40,831 nt of DNA from Candidatus Methanomethylophilaceae archaeon (GTDB lineage: Archaea; Thermoplasmatota; Thermoplasmata; Methanomassiliicoccales; Methanomethylophilaceae). This document shows positions 1-8,654 of the stretch, one piece after another. The translations under genes and the position numbers were made by a program. The notes under the pieces were generated by a model, which saw only the letters and a program-made list of their open reading frames with translations, made no database searches and was not told where the DNA came from. The stretch is from the NCBI GenBank assembly GCA_041669745.1, contig JBAYAO010000001.1:1-40831 (forward strand), written 5' to 3'. Positions within the stretch are counted from its first letter, which is position 1. Every line of letters begins with the position of its first letter.

Positions 1-506
1 AGAAAAGGGAGGATTGCAGTTACATGAGGGAGGAAAGCATCCGTCTCGATGATATGGAACCTCTGCTCGCGGTACCTCACAGGGTGGATGATGTCAGACC
101 CGTATCCGATTTCGAGGGGGTGCAGCTCGATCAGGTTTTCGTGGGCACGTGCACCAACGGCAGATATGGGGACCTGAAACGTTTTGCCGACATCGTGAGG
201 GGGAGGAAGGTCAAGGTCAGGACGATAGTCGTCCCCGCATCGAGAGCCGTTCTTCTCAAGGCAATGAGCACCGGCATCATAAGGGACATCATCGAATCCG
301 GCGCTGTGCTCTGCAATCCAGGATGCGGACCGTGTCTCGGAGCGCACCAGGGTGTACTGGCCGATGGAGAGACGGGTCTATCGACCGCCAACAGGAATTT
401 CAAGAACAGGATGGGTGTAGGCGCGAAATACTATCTCTCGTCGCCTACGACCGCGGCATTCTCTGCATTGAGAGGCGAGATAACTTCACCGGGGGATATG
501 TCATGA
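1..506 (+). CDS. Aconitase-family dehydratase large subunit, C-terminal part (HacA/LeuC type); 5' end lies outside the window
   Basis: The frame is open from base 3. The translation contains GTCTNGR, CNPGCGPCLGAHQG and STANRNFKNRMG, signatures of homoaconitase/isopropylmalate isomerase large subunits. Its stop overlaps the next start (ATGA at 503-506). Confidence 0.9.
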   Translation, partial: KREDCSYMREESIRLDDMEPLLAVPHRVDDVRPVSDFEGVQLDQVFVGTCTNGRYGDLKRFADIVRGRKVKVRTIVVPASRAVLLKAMSTGIIRDIIESGAVLCNPGCGPCLGAHQGVLADGETGLSTANRNFKNRMGVGAKYYLSSPTTAAFSALRGEITSPGDMS

Positions 507-973
507 AGGGCGTCGTCATAAGACTGGGTGACGATGTGGACACTGACCAGATAATCGCCGGAAGATATCTGAGGACCAAGGACAGAACCGTCTGGGCGGA
601 ACACGCGTTCGAGGATCTGGATCCGAGTCTGTCGTCCCGTCTCAGGGGCGGGGTCATCGTCGCCGGGAAGAACATGGGCTGCGGATCGTCACGTGAACAG
701 GCGGCCATCGCTCTCAGGGAGGCAGGAGTGGTCGCAGTGGTCGCGGAGAGCTTTGCCAGGATATTCTTCAGGAATGCGATAAACAGGGGCATACCACTGT
801 TCGAGGTTCCCGGGGGCATCACATGCGATGAGGGAGACGAGATCAACGTATCCTTGGAGCGGTCGTGTGTAGAGGTGGACGGACATACGTATCAGGCTCT
901 GAGACTATCAGATAGGATGAAGGAGATCATAGATGCCGGCGGGCTCATCGAGCTAAGGAGGAGGGGCGTTTGA
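503..973 (+). CDS. Aconitase-family dehydratase small subunit (HacB/LeuD type; YLRT loop favours homoaconitase)
   Basis: An internal Met of ORF 149..973 gives MKGVVIRLGDDVDTDQIIAGRYLRTKD...GKNMGCGSSREQA...FARIFFRNAINRGIP, typical of the small subunit. The start overlaps the large-subunit stop. The specificity loop reads YLRT. Confidence 0.88.
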   Translation: MKGVVIRLGDDVDTDQIIAGRYLRTKDRTVWAEHAFEDLDPSLSSRLRGGVIVAGKNMGCGSSREQAAIALREAGVVAVVAESFARIFFRNAINRGIPLFEVPGGITCDEGDEINVSLERSCVEVDGHTYQALRLSDRMKEIIDAGGLIELRRRGV

Positions 974-1929
974 GGATCGCAGTGGTCAGAGGCGACGGTA
1001 TCGGTGAAGAGGTGGTACCGGAGGCTGTCAGGGTACTAAGGCATTATGCACCCGGCGCTGAATACTTCGAAGTGGAGGTCGGATACGGCAAATGGAAGAG
1101 GTGCGGGGTCGGATGCGATGATGAGGATATAGAATCCCTGAGGGAAGCGGATTCCATCCTCTTCGGTGCCATAACGACACTTCCTGATCCGGGTTACAAG
1201 AGCATCATGCTTAGGATAAGGCATGACCTCGGTCTTTATGCCAACCTCAGACCGGTGTACGGTGACGGATTCAACATCATGGTGGTACGCGAGAATTCCG
1301 AGGGCCTGTATTCCGGCATAGAGGAGATAGGCGACACCAGATCCACCACCCTGAGGGTGGTGACGAAGAAGGCGAGCGAGCGCATAGCGAGATGCGCATG
1401 CGATATACTGCTGAAGGATTTCAAAGGCGGCACCCTTACGATAGGGAACAAGGCCAATGCCATAAAGTCGGATGTGCTCTTCCGGGACACGTGCATAAGG
1501 GTGGCGGACGAGATGGGTGTTCCCTACAGAACGTCGTATATCGACGCACTCACATTCGATGCCATACAGAATCCGCAGAAATATGACGTGATAGTCACGA
1601 CGAACGTTTTCGGAGACATACTCAGTGACGCATTGGGGCATCTGGTGGGCGGCCTTGGTATGCTTCCGAGCGCGAACATAGGCGACGATTGTGCGCTTTT
1701 CGAACCTGTACACGGCAGTGCGCCCGACATCGCCGGAAAAGGTCTGGCCAATCCGATAGCGGCCATAAGGAGCGCCGGCATGCTGCTCGAGTACAACGGT
1801 ATACGCTGTGGTGTCGAGATAGAGGATGCGATAAGAGAGGTCATATCGTCCGGCATAAGGACCAGGGACCTCGGAGGGACCGCGGATACGGCATCGTTCT
1901 GCGATGCATTGATGGACAGACTTGACTGA
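970..1929 (+). CDS. Isopropylmalate/homoisocitrate dehydrogenase family (LeuB/AksF)
   Basis: The translation shows MRIAVVRGDGIGEEV, NLRP, VRENSEGLYSG, TNVFGDILSD and HGSAPDIAGKG. A TTG start overlaps the previous stop (TTGA). Confidence 0.9.
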   Translation: MRIAVVRGDGIGEEVVPEAVRVLRHYAPGAEYFEVEVGYGKWKRCGVGCDDEDIESLREADSILFGAITTLPDPGYKSIMLRIRHDLGLYANLRPVYGDGFNIMVVRENSEGLYSGIEEIGDTRSTTLRVVTKKASERIARCACDILLKDFKGGTLTIGNKANAIKSDVLFRDTCIRVADEMGVPYRTSYIDALTFDAIQNPQKYDVIVTTNVFGDILSDALGHLVGGLGMLPSANIGDDCALFEPVHGSAPDIAGKGLANPIAAIRSAGMLLEYNGIRCGVEIEDAIREVISSGIRTRDLGGTADTASFCDALMDRLD

Positions 1930-1941
1930 GGAGGTTTCAAC

Positions 1942-3303
1942 ATGGATGTTATTAACCCGGCTGACAACAGGAAGATCGGAACGGCGAGGGATTTCACGGA
2001 AGAGATGGTGCATGACACCATCGGGACCCTGGAAAAAGGATTCACGGAGTGGTCCTCACGCAATCCCACGGCACGCGGCGGGATACTGTTCAGGGCCGCA
2101 GAGACGATAAGACGGGACCAGGACAGGCTCGCATCGATACTCACTACCGAGCAGGGTAAACCCCTTTACGAGGCAAGATACGAGATACAAGGGGTAGCAG
2201 CCGTCATGGAGTTCTATGCCTCTGTGGCGGGAACTATAGGCGGTCATACCCTGCCGAAAGCGGATTACGGTCATGCGTTCACGAAAAAGACACCATTGGG
2301 GGTGTGCGGTGCCATAATACCGTGGAATATGCCGGCACTGATAATGGCCTGGAAGATATGTCCCGCGCTGGTATCAGGGAACACGATGATACTCAAGACG
2401 GCCTCTGCGACGCCGCTCACGAACATCGGGATCGCGGAGATATTATTCGGCGCAGGACTTCCCCGTGACGTTCTTGCCGTGGTCACTGGCCAAGGTAGCA
2501 TCGTGGGTGCCGCCGTGGCGGCAGACGAGAGGATCAAGCACCTGTCGTTCACCGGATCGGTGGAGACCGGGGACAGGATCGCGAAGACGGTCAACGCCAG
2601 AAGGACGCGTCTCACCCTCGAATTGGGAGGAAGCGACCCGATGATAGTCTGCGAGGATGCGGATATCGACAGAGCGGTCGCGGGAGCGGTCTCTGGCAGG
2701 TTCTTCAACTGCGGCCAGACATGCACAGCGGTCAAGAGACTCTTCGTTGCGGACGGTATCGCCGACGAATTCATCTCCAAACTGAAACACGGTACGGAAT
2801 CGCTCAGGGTCGGCGACGGTACCGCGGAGGGAACGACCATGGGACCTCTGAACAGTGTCTCCGGGCTAAGGGACATGGAGGACGCCGTGGAGAGTGCGAG
2901 AGACTGCGGGGACGTCATAACCGGCGGTGTCAAACCGCACGGTCCCGGAAATTTCTATTCCCCGACGCTGATATCCGATCCGGAGCCGGGATGCAGACTG
3001 CTGACAGAGGAGATATTCGGTCCAGTACTGCCGATAGTCAGGTTCGACGGTCTGGACGAGGCCATACGCATGGCGAACGATTCCAGGTTCGGTCTCGGCG
3101 CTTCGATATGGACCAAAGACATCGGGACGGCCTGTAAGGCCACGGACAGGATAGATTCCGGCATACTGTGGATCAACCGCCATATGAGGATCCCTCCCGA
3201 GGTACCATTCGGAGGTGTCAAGGACAGCGGCATAGGCCGTGAGAACGGTCTTTCGGCTCTGGAGCAATATCTCACCGAGAAGACCGTGATCCTGTCACCG
3301 TGA
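1942..3303 (+). CDS. NAD(P)-dependent aldehyde dehydrogenase
   Basis: The ORF has 453 codons. It carries the catalytic Glu motif LELGGSDP and the catalytic Cys motif FFNCGQTCTA. GGAGG lies about 8 nt upstream and the start is only 12 nt after the dehydrogenase stop. Confidence 0.9.
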   Translation: MDVINPADNRKIGTARDFTEEMVHDTIGTLEKGFTEWSSRNPTARGGILFRAAETIRRDQDRLASILTTEQGKPLYEARYEIQGVAAVMEFYASVAGTIGGHTLPKADYGHAFTKKTPLGVCGAIIPWNMPALIMAWKICPALVSGNTMILKTASATPLTNIGIAEILFGAGLPRDVLAVVTGQGSIVGAAVAADERIKHLSFTGSVETGDRIAKTVNARRTRLTLELGGSDPMIVCEDADIDRAVAGAVSGRFFNCGQTCTAVKRLFVADGIADEFISKLKHGTESLRVGDGTAEGTTMGPLNSVSGLRDMEDAVESARDCGDVITGGVKPHGPGNFYSPTLISDPEPGCRLLTEEIFGPVLPIVRFDGLDEAIRMANDSRFGLGASIWTKDIGTACKATDRIDSGILWINRHMRIPPEVPFGGVKDSGIGRENGLSALEQYLTEKTVILSP

Positions 3304-3470
3304 CACTCCGTCATATGTTGCAGGTTATATGTGCGGATCCGGGGATTTACTGGACCGGGACCGGTATACAACGTGATCACGATCCAGAACAACCGAAAGC
3401 CGATCGCATGCATTTACACACCGATCGAAAAAGTCGTGTCGATACGGCATTGCATAAAGAGGCACGGTGG

Positions 3471-4811
3471 TCAGAGGAACATCGTCATGTATATCGGTAT
3501 GTATACGATATCCCCTTCCATTCTGAGGTCTTTGGAGTGTATGACATATCCTTCGTTGACTATCGATGGGAACTTATCCATGAAACGATCCAGTGAGGCG
3601 TGTTTGCTGGATACGCCGGATTTCGATTCGATAGGTACGATCTTCTCGCCGTCGGCGATCATGAAATCGACCTCCTGCATATTTGTTGAGTCATTGGCGT
3701 AAAATTTACAGAATCTCAGTTTATGTCCGGTAGCTGTCAGTTCCTGAGCCACCATATTCTCAAAGAACATTCCCTTGTTCACGGCCATTTTGTTCTTGAG
3801 GAGATTTCTGTACACCTCTTCGCGGTTTCCGGTATTCGATCTGAAGGACGCAGTGATCAGGAGTCCGGTATCTGCCATGTATATTTTGAACGAATTCTCA
3901 TCAAGATTGAGATCCAATGCAGGACCTGGATCGCTGTTGCGGTAGCATATGTTCACCATCTTGGATTCTCCAAGCCAGGTCACGCTGTCGTAGTACTCCC
4001 TGGTTTTCGTTCCTCTTCTCATCATCGACGGGCTGAAAGTCTTCTCGTGCTTGGATAGGAATGAAGGTATCTGTTCGAATATGCGTTTGGACTTGAGTCC
4101 GCGGTCAGCTTTTATCTTCGAGGTATCATCGGAATACAGGTTCAGTATTGCTTGTTTCACGTTCTCTACGCTTTCGAAATTGTTGTTCTCGATGTAAGCA
4201 ACCACCGCCTGCGGCATTCCGCCGACGAGCATATACAGGATGTACCGATCCATGATCTGTTTATGCAGAACATCTCCCAGGGGGACAAGCTTTTCGAATG
4301 CGTCTCTGATTATTTGGATCGTAACCTCGTTGTTCTGAGCCCACAGGAATTCTTCGAAATCCATCGGATGCATCTCAATGGATATTTCTTCCGAAGGGAT
4401 CAGAATATCCTTCACATTTTGTTTTATCGAGAGGAGGGATCCCGTCTCTATGTAGTCGTAGCGTCCGTCGGCCACAAAGTGTTTGATCATCTGTCTGGCA
4501 AAAGGGAACAGCTGTACTTCGTCGAATACAATCACAGATTCGCGTTCGTACAGAATGGTGTTGTAAGTGTCTTGTAGGAACAGGAATATCTTGTCAAGAT
4601 TTCCTGCATTCTGAGTGAATATCTCTTTGACCGCGTTATCAATTTTCGAGAAATCAATCAGAATGAACGTTTTATATTCGTTCTTGGCAAATTTTTCAAC
4701 GACAGTGGTCTTCCCGACACGTCTGGCGCCCTTGATCAGGAGAGCACATCTGCCATCGTATTCCTTTTTCCAATCGAGTATCCTATCATATATCTTCCTT
4801 TTGAAATCCAT
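3471..4811 (-). CDS. P-loop ATPase with C-terminal PD-(D/E)XK nuclease-like domain (AAA_14 + DUF4143 type architecture)
   Basis: The translation has Walker A GARRVGKTT, a Walker B-like VIVFDEVQ and a C-terminal EVDFMI...VPIESKSG (D...ExK core). Sampled G+C is well below that of the flanking genes. Confidence 0.85.
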   Translation of the reverse strand: MDFKRKIYDRILDWKKEYDGRCALLIKGARRVGKTTVVEKFAKNEYKTFILIDFSKIDNAVKEIFTQNAGNLDKIFLFLQDTYNTILYERESVIVFDEVQLFPFARQMIKHFVADGRYDYIETGSLLSIKQNVKDILIPSEEISIEMHPMDFEEFLWAQNNEVTIQIIRDAFEKLVPLGDVLHKQIMDRYILYMLVGGMPQAVVAYIENNNFESVENVKQAILNLYSDDTSKIKADRGLKSKRIFEQIPSFLSKHEKTFSPSMMRRGTKTREYYDSVTWLGESKMVNICYRNSDPGPALDLNLDENSFKIYMADTGLLITASFRSNTGNREEVYRNLLKNKMAVNKGMFFENMVAQELTATGHKLRFCKFYANDSTNMQEVDFMIADGEKIVPIESKSGVSSKHASLDRFMDKFPSIVNEGYVIHSKDLRMEGDIVYIPIYMTMFL

Positions 4812-4832
4812 GGTATATGCCAGAATAATTGT

Positions 4833-4907
4833 ATTACACCTATATTAGTTTGTGTACGCACACATAATACACCTGTATTAAATCACAAAGTGCATTGGAA
4901 TACACCT
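4833..4907. repeat. Three direct copies of A(A/T)TACACCT spaced exactly 33 nt apart
   Basis: TACACCT occurs at 4835-4841, 4868-4874 and 4901-4907. The second copy lies inside the inverted repeat AATACacctGTATT. The array sits between the ATPase start and the tRNA-Ser 3' end. Confidence 0.7.
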
Positions 4908-4980
4908 CTGAACATTTATCGAACCGGTATTCTCGACCAGATTCAGCACCTACGTTCTTGCATAACATCGAAAAGAAGAA

Positions 4981-5066
4981 TGGCGCCGAGGGAGAGATTC
5001 GAACTCCCGAGGCGGAACGCCAGCGGTTTTCGAGACCGCCACCTTACCGGACTAGATTACCTCGGC
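4981..5066 (-). tRNA. tRNA-Ser (anticodon CGA), long variable arm, CCA encoded
   Basis: The reverse complement folds by hand: acceptor GCCGAGG/CCTCGGC, anticodon stem GCGGT/ACCGC with loop CTCGAAA, variable stem GGCG/CGCC, T-loop GGGAGTTCGAATCTCTC, and 3' end GCCA. Confidence 0.9.
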
Positions 5067-5148
5067 TCGATTCCGAACAATCCTTACACCTATTTTTAAC
5101 TTACCTGTCAGAAAATCTTGTTTATACGATAAGTGTCATGACGGAAAG

Positions 5149-5820
5149 ATGATCCAGAACGACATACCGGATCCAAAGGGTTATGACGGGCGTGTTCCGC
5201 TGACTATACCCGGATACGAGGAGATCCATAAGCGCATAGCGGACACGGTCGGCAGTCTGGACGAGAGGCCGAGGTACTGGTTGGACACAGGTTGCGGGAC
5301 AGGAACATTGGTCGCCGGTAACGTGGACCGTTTTCCGGATACCGAGTTCATACTCGCCGATCCATCGTCCGGCATGCAGGATGCTGCACGTTCGAAACTC
5401 AGCGGAAAACAGAACTGTTCCTTCGTAGAGAAAGGTACAGAGGATGTAAATTTCGGGAACGGTACGTTGGACGTGATAACGGCAGTCCTCTGTCACGGTT
5501 ACTACGACAGGGAGGGTCGAAGGAAGGCGACTGAAAACTGCTACAGGCTGCTCAGGGAGGGCGGCCTGTATTTCACAGTGGAGCATATCCGTCAGGACAC
5601 GGATGAGGAGACCGATGCCGCCATGGGCAGATGGAGAAAATTCCTCATAGAAGGCGGTCGAACACCGGAGGAGACGGACGCATATCTCGACAGACGCGAT
5701 ACCGTATTCTTTCCTATAACCGTGCGGGAGCACACGGACCTTCTCAAGGAATGCGGTTTCAGAGAGGTGAATGTTTTTTGGAGGTCATGCTCAGATGCGG
5801 GGTTCCTCGCTTCGAAGTGA
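5149..5820 (+). CDS. Class I SAM-dependent methyltransferase (CmoA-like layout)
   Basis: SAM motif I is WLDTGCGTGTL. An upstream IPGY segment and LREGGLY (post-motif II) are also present. The ORF has 223 codons. Confidence 0.85.
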   Translation: MIQNDIPDPKGYDGRVPLTIPGYEEIHKRIADTVGSLDERPRYWLDTGCGTGTLVAGNVDRFPDTEFILADPSSGMQDAARSKLSGKQNCSFVEKGTEDVNFGNGTLDVITAVLCHGYYDREGRRKATENCYRLLREGGLYFTVEHIRQDTDEETDAAMGRWRKFLIEGGRTPEETDAYLDRRDTVFFPITVREHTDLLKECGFREVNVFWRSCSDAGFLASK

Positions 5821-5897
5821 TGATGTGAAACCCTTGTGTGATTAGCTTTATTACGGACCATTGACTACACATGACGGTGTATTCGGGGGAGAATGCG

Positions 5898-7448
5898 ATG
5901 GCAACGATCAAAAGAGCCTTGATAAGTGTTTCTGACAAAGACGGAATCGTCGATTTTGCGAAAGGACTGGTGGATCTCGGAGTGGAGATCATCTCCACGG
6001 GCGGTACGTACAGACTGCTCACGCAGAACGGCCTTCCCGTTAAGGAGGTCTCCGAGGTGACGGGATTCCCGGAGATGCTGGACGGACGCGTCAAGACACT
6101 CCATCCCAGGATACATGCGGGAATACTCGCCAGGAGGGATATTCCAGAACACATGGATGCGATCGGGGAGAAAGGCATCGAGACCATAGACATGGTCGTG
6201 GTGAATCTCTATCCGTTCAAGCAGACGGTCCTCAAGGAAGGGGTCAAGTTCGATGACATCGTGGAGAACATAGACATCGGCGGACCCAGCCTGATCCGTG
6301 CCGCGGCCAAGAATTACAAATCGGTCGCAGTGGTCACATCGCCGGACCAGTATGCTCCGGTATTGGAACAGCTGAAGGCCGACGGGAAGTTGGATGACGG
6401 CATACTGTCAAAACTGATGGCGGAGGCGTTCATCACGACCGCCAATTACGATGCCATGATAGCCTGTCAGATGAACAGGAGATTCGGAGGCAGGTTCCCT
6501 GCGTCGTTCCCGATCCCCTCCGAGAAGGTCATGGATCTCAGATACGGAGAGAATCCGAACCAGAAGGCGGCATTCTACAGAGATCCGTTCACACCAGGTC
6601 CGACAGTATCGAAAATGGAGCAGCTTCACGGCAAGGAACTGTCCTACAATAACATCCTGGACATGGACAAGGCGTTGGATATCGCTATGGACTTCGAGAA
6701 ACCCACCGCAGTCGTTATGAAGCACACGAACCCCTGCGGTCTTGCCAGTGCCGATAATATCTACGATGCGTTCGTTACCTCATACGCGGTCGATCCGATG
6801 TCCGCATACGGTTGTGTGATCTGCATCAACAGACCCTGCGATCTGAGGGTCGCAGAGGAGATGGCCAAGCATTTCGTGGAAGTGGTCGTGGCACCAAGCT
6901 TCGACAAGGATGCATTGGAACTTCTGGAGAAGAAGAAGAACATCCGTCTCATGACGACGAATGCGCCGATCGGCCCTGCATACAGGGTCAGGGAATACAA
7001 GATGAAGAAGGTCCAGGGTGGATTGTTGGTACAGACCGATGAGGATGTTCCGGTCGACCGCAGCAATCTCAAGGTAATAACGAAGCGTGCACCGACCGAG
7101 AAGGAGATCGATGCCATGCTCTTCGCGTGGAAGCTCGCCAAGCACGTTACGTCGAATTGCGTCGTATATGTCAAGGACGAACGTGCGGTGGGTATAGGGG
7201 CGGGACAGATGAGCCGTGTGGATTCTGCAAAGATCGCGACCATGAAGGCCAATGAGCCGACGCAGGGCTGTGTAATGGCATCCGATGCGTTCTTCCCGTT
7301 CAGAGATGGTGTCGACGAGGCCGCCAAGGCCGGTGTTACAGCTATAATCCAGCCCGGAGGGTCCATAAGGGATGAGGAAGTGATCGCTGCCGCGAACGAG
7401 CACGGAATGGCGATGGTGTTCACCGGTTGCCGTGTGTTCAGGCACTGA
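5898..7448 (+). CDS. purH: Bifunctional AICAR transformylase / IMP cyclohydrolase
   Basis: The translation reads MATIKRALISVSDKDGIVDFAK..ISTGGT...GRVKTLHPRIHAGIL...DIGGPSLIRAAAKN...KHTNPCG...GAGQMSRVDS...IQPGGSIRD. ATG 5898 is preferred over 5871 because GGGGGAG lies just upstream and a TATA-like element sits near 5846. Confidence 0.93.
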   Translation: MATIKRALISVSDKDGIVDFAKGLVDLGVEIISTGGTYRLLTQNGLPVKEVSEVTGFPEMLDGRVKTLHPRIHAGILARRDIPEHMDAIGEKGIETIDMVVVNLYPFKQTVLKEGVKFDDIVENIDIGGPSLIRAAAKNYKSVAVVTSPDQYAPVLEQLKADGKLDDGILSKLMAEAFITTANYDAMIACQMNRRFGGRFPASFPIPSEKVMDLRYGENPNQKAAFYRDPFTPGPTVSKMEQLHGKELSYNNILDMDKALDIAMDFEKPTAVVMKHTNPCGLASADNIYDAFVTSYAVDPMSAYGCVICINRPCDLRVAEEMAKHFVEVVVAPSFDKDALELLEKKKNIRLMTTNAPIGPAYRVREYKMKKVQGGLLVQTDEDVPVDRSNLKVITKRAPTEKEIDAMLFAWKLAKHVTSNCVVYVKDERAVGIGAGQMSRVDSAKIATMKANEPTQGCVMASDAFFPFRDGVDEAAKAGVTAIIQPGGSIRDEEVIAAANEHGMAMVFTGCRVFRH

Positions 7449-7507
7449 TCTCATACAATCTCGGAATGGATTCTTTTCATCGAAAACGGATGTGTTCGGG
7501 TCTGGAA

Positions 7508-7519
7508 CGAACATGTTCG
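7508..7519. promoter_or_regulatory. Perfect 12-nt palindrome CGAACATGTTCG in the MT2 methyltransferase promoter
   Basis: The extended 15-mer (to 7522) is identical to 9388-9402. It is followed by a TATA-like TTTCATTTATCTC, then GGAGGTGA and ATG 7589. An extra TGTTCG half-site lies at 7493-7498. Confidence 0.6.
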
Positions 7520-7588
7520 TGATTTCATTTATCTCATCACAGTTCGGTGTCGTCTCGGGCAGAGACTTGGAAAACCGCGGAGGTGAAT

Positions 7589-8620
7589 ATGATGAGTGAA
7601 ATTACACCTAGGGAAAGGTTCTTCAAAGCAATGAAGTGTGAAAAGGTCGACAGACCGCCGGTATGCGGTATGACCACGACAGGCACGACTGAACTCATGG
7701 ATCATGTGGATGCCTACTGGCCTGAGGCCCATACGGATGCGAGGAAGATGGCCAAGATCGCATTGGGCGTATATGATTTTCTGGGACTGGAATCCGTCAG
7801 AGTGCCATACTGCCTTACCTACGAGGCAGAGGCACTGGGATGCACCGTGAATCTCGGTAAGAAGAATTCCACGCCGATGGTCAAGAACAGTCCGTTCAAA
7901 GCGGACCCGGATGCCAAATTGGAAATGATGGATGAGAAGGCGATGCTCAAAGTTCCGCGCAACAAGGTCATAGTCGATGCGGTCAATATCATAATAAAAG
8001 AGAGGAAGGCCGATCTCCCGACATTGCTGGGGGTGACAGGACCATTTACGATCGCAGGACATCTGGCAGGTACGGAGAATCTCGTATTGTGGACGATAAC
8101 GGAGCCGGACAGTGCAAAGAGATTCATATCGTTTGCTACGGACTATGAGAAGATGTGGCTGAAATACGTGGAGACACTGGGTGTAGACAGCATTCAGATG
8201 AGTGAACCATCGGCATCGTACGATATGATCTCCCCGGAGATGTTCGATGAATTCGCACTTCCGTCCCTGAAGAACGTCTATAAACCGCTCAGGAAAACCA
8301 TGAAGATCCTGCATATTTGCGGAAACATGCTGCCGATGCTTGATCACATGGTCGCGTCGGGAGCAACCGCGTTGAGCGTCGAGGAGAAGACGGACCCGTT
8401 CGTGGCAGTGAAGAAGGTCAACAAACGTGCGGCACTCGTCGGTAACGTCGGTGTCGTGAGGCCTCTCCTGCAGGGAACACCGAAGGATGTGGCGGATTCG
8501 ACGGTCCGCAGCATCGAAGCGGGATTCAACATAATCTCCGCAGGATGCGGTCTTTCGGCACTGATCAGCACCGAGAACATTCATGCAATGGTCGATACCG
8601 CGAAGAATTGGAAATATTGA
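7589..8620 (+). CDS. Methylcobamide:coenzyme M methyltransferase (MT2; MtaA/MtbA family, uroporphyrinogen-decarboxylase fold)
   Basis: The N-terminus is MMSEITPRERFFKAMKCEKVDRPPV. Zn ligand motifs LHICGN and SAGCG are present. GGAGGTGA lies upstream of ATG 7589. The protein is 343 aa. Confidence 0.88.
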   Translation: MMSEITPRERFFKAMKCEKVDRPPVCGMTTTGTTELMDHVDAYWPEAHTDARKMAKIALGVYDFLGLESVRVPYCLTYEAEALGCTVNLGKKNSTPMVKNSPFKADPDAKLEMMDEKAMLKVPRNKVIVDAVNIIIKERKADLPTLLGVTGPFTIAGHLAGTENLVLWTITEPDSAKRFISFATDYEKMWLKYVETLGVDSIQMSEPSASYDMISPEMFDEFALPSLKNVYKPLRKTMKILHICGNMLPMLDHMVASGATALSVEEKTDPFVAVKKVNKRAALVGNVGVVRPLLQGTPKDVADSTVRSIEAGFNIISAGCGLSALISTENIHAMVDTAKNWKY

Positions 8621-8654
8621 CTGAAATCGGTCCTATCGGTCCATAAACCATTTA

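Noticed and set aside
149-502. ORF 149..973 has an N-terminal extension of the small-subunit frame that lies inside the large-subunit gene.
   Set aside because: The extension is out-of-frame read-through of the upstream gene. The small subunit begins at the Met overlapping the upstream stop (503).
1036-2013. A 325-aa ORF, and a 206-aa ORF at 1524..2144, lie antisense to the dehydrogenase gene.
   Set aside because: The plus strand carries unmistakable isocitrate/isopropylmalate dehydrogenase motifs. The antisense frames have odd composition and no start context.
3304-5100. The region might be an integrated mobile element at tRNA-Ser.
   Set aside because: There is no integrase or recombinase gene, and I saw no direct repeat of the tRNA 3' half at the far side (3304-3470). 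Only compositional and repeat hints remain, and those are reported separately.
5815-5897. GTGATGA sits at the methyltransferase stop codon and could be a C box.
   Set aside because: No CUGA D box lies at the appropriate distance. The motif is explained by tandem stop codons.
7529-8584. A 351-aa ORF lies antisense to the MT2 methyltransferase gene.
   Set aside because: Its translation is Arg/His/Cys-rich with no recognisable motif, while the plus-strand frame has clear MtaA/MtbA signatures. I take it as a shadow ORF of a GC-rich gene.
7589-8620. I looked for pyrrolysine (in-frame UAG) read-through in or near the methyltransferase genes.
   Set aside because: MT2 enzymes do not use Pyl. No pair of same-frame ORFs split by TAG is visible here, and no MT1 (mtmB/mtbB/mttB) gene is present in the window.
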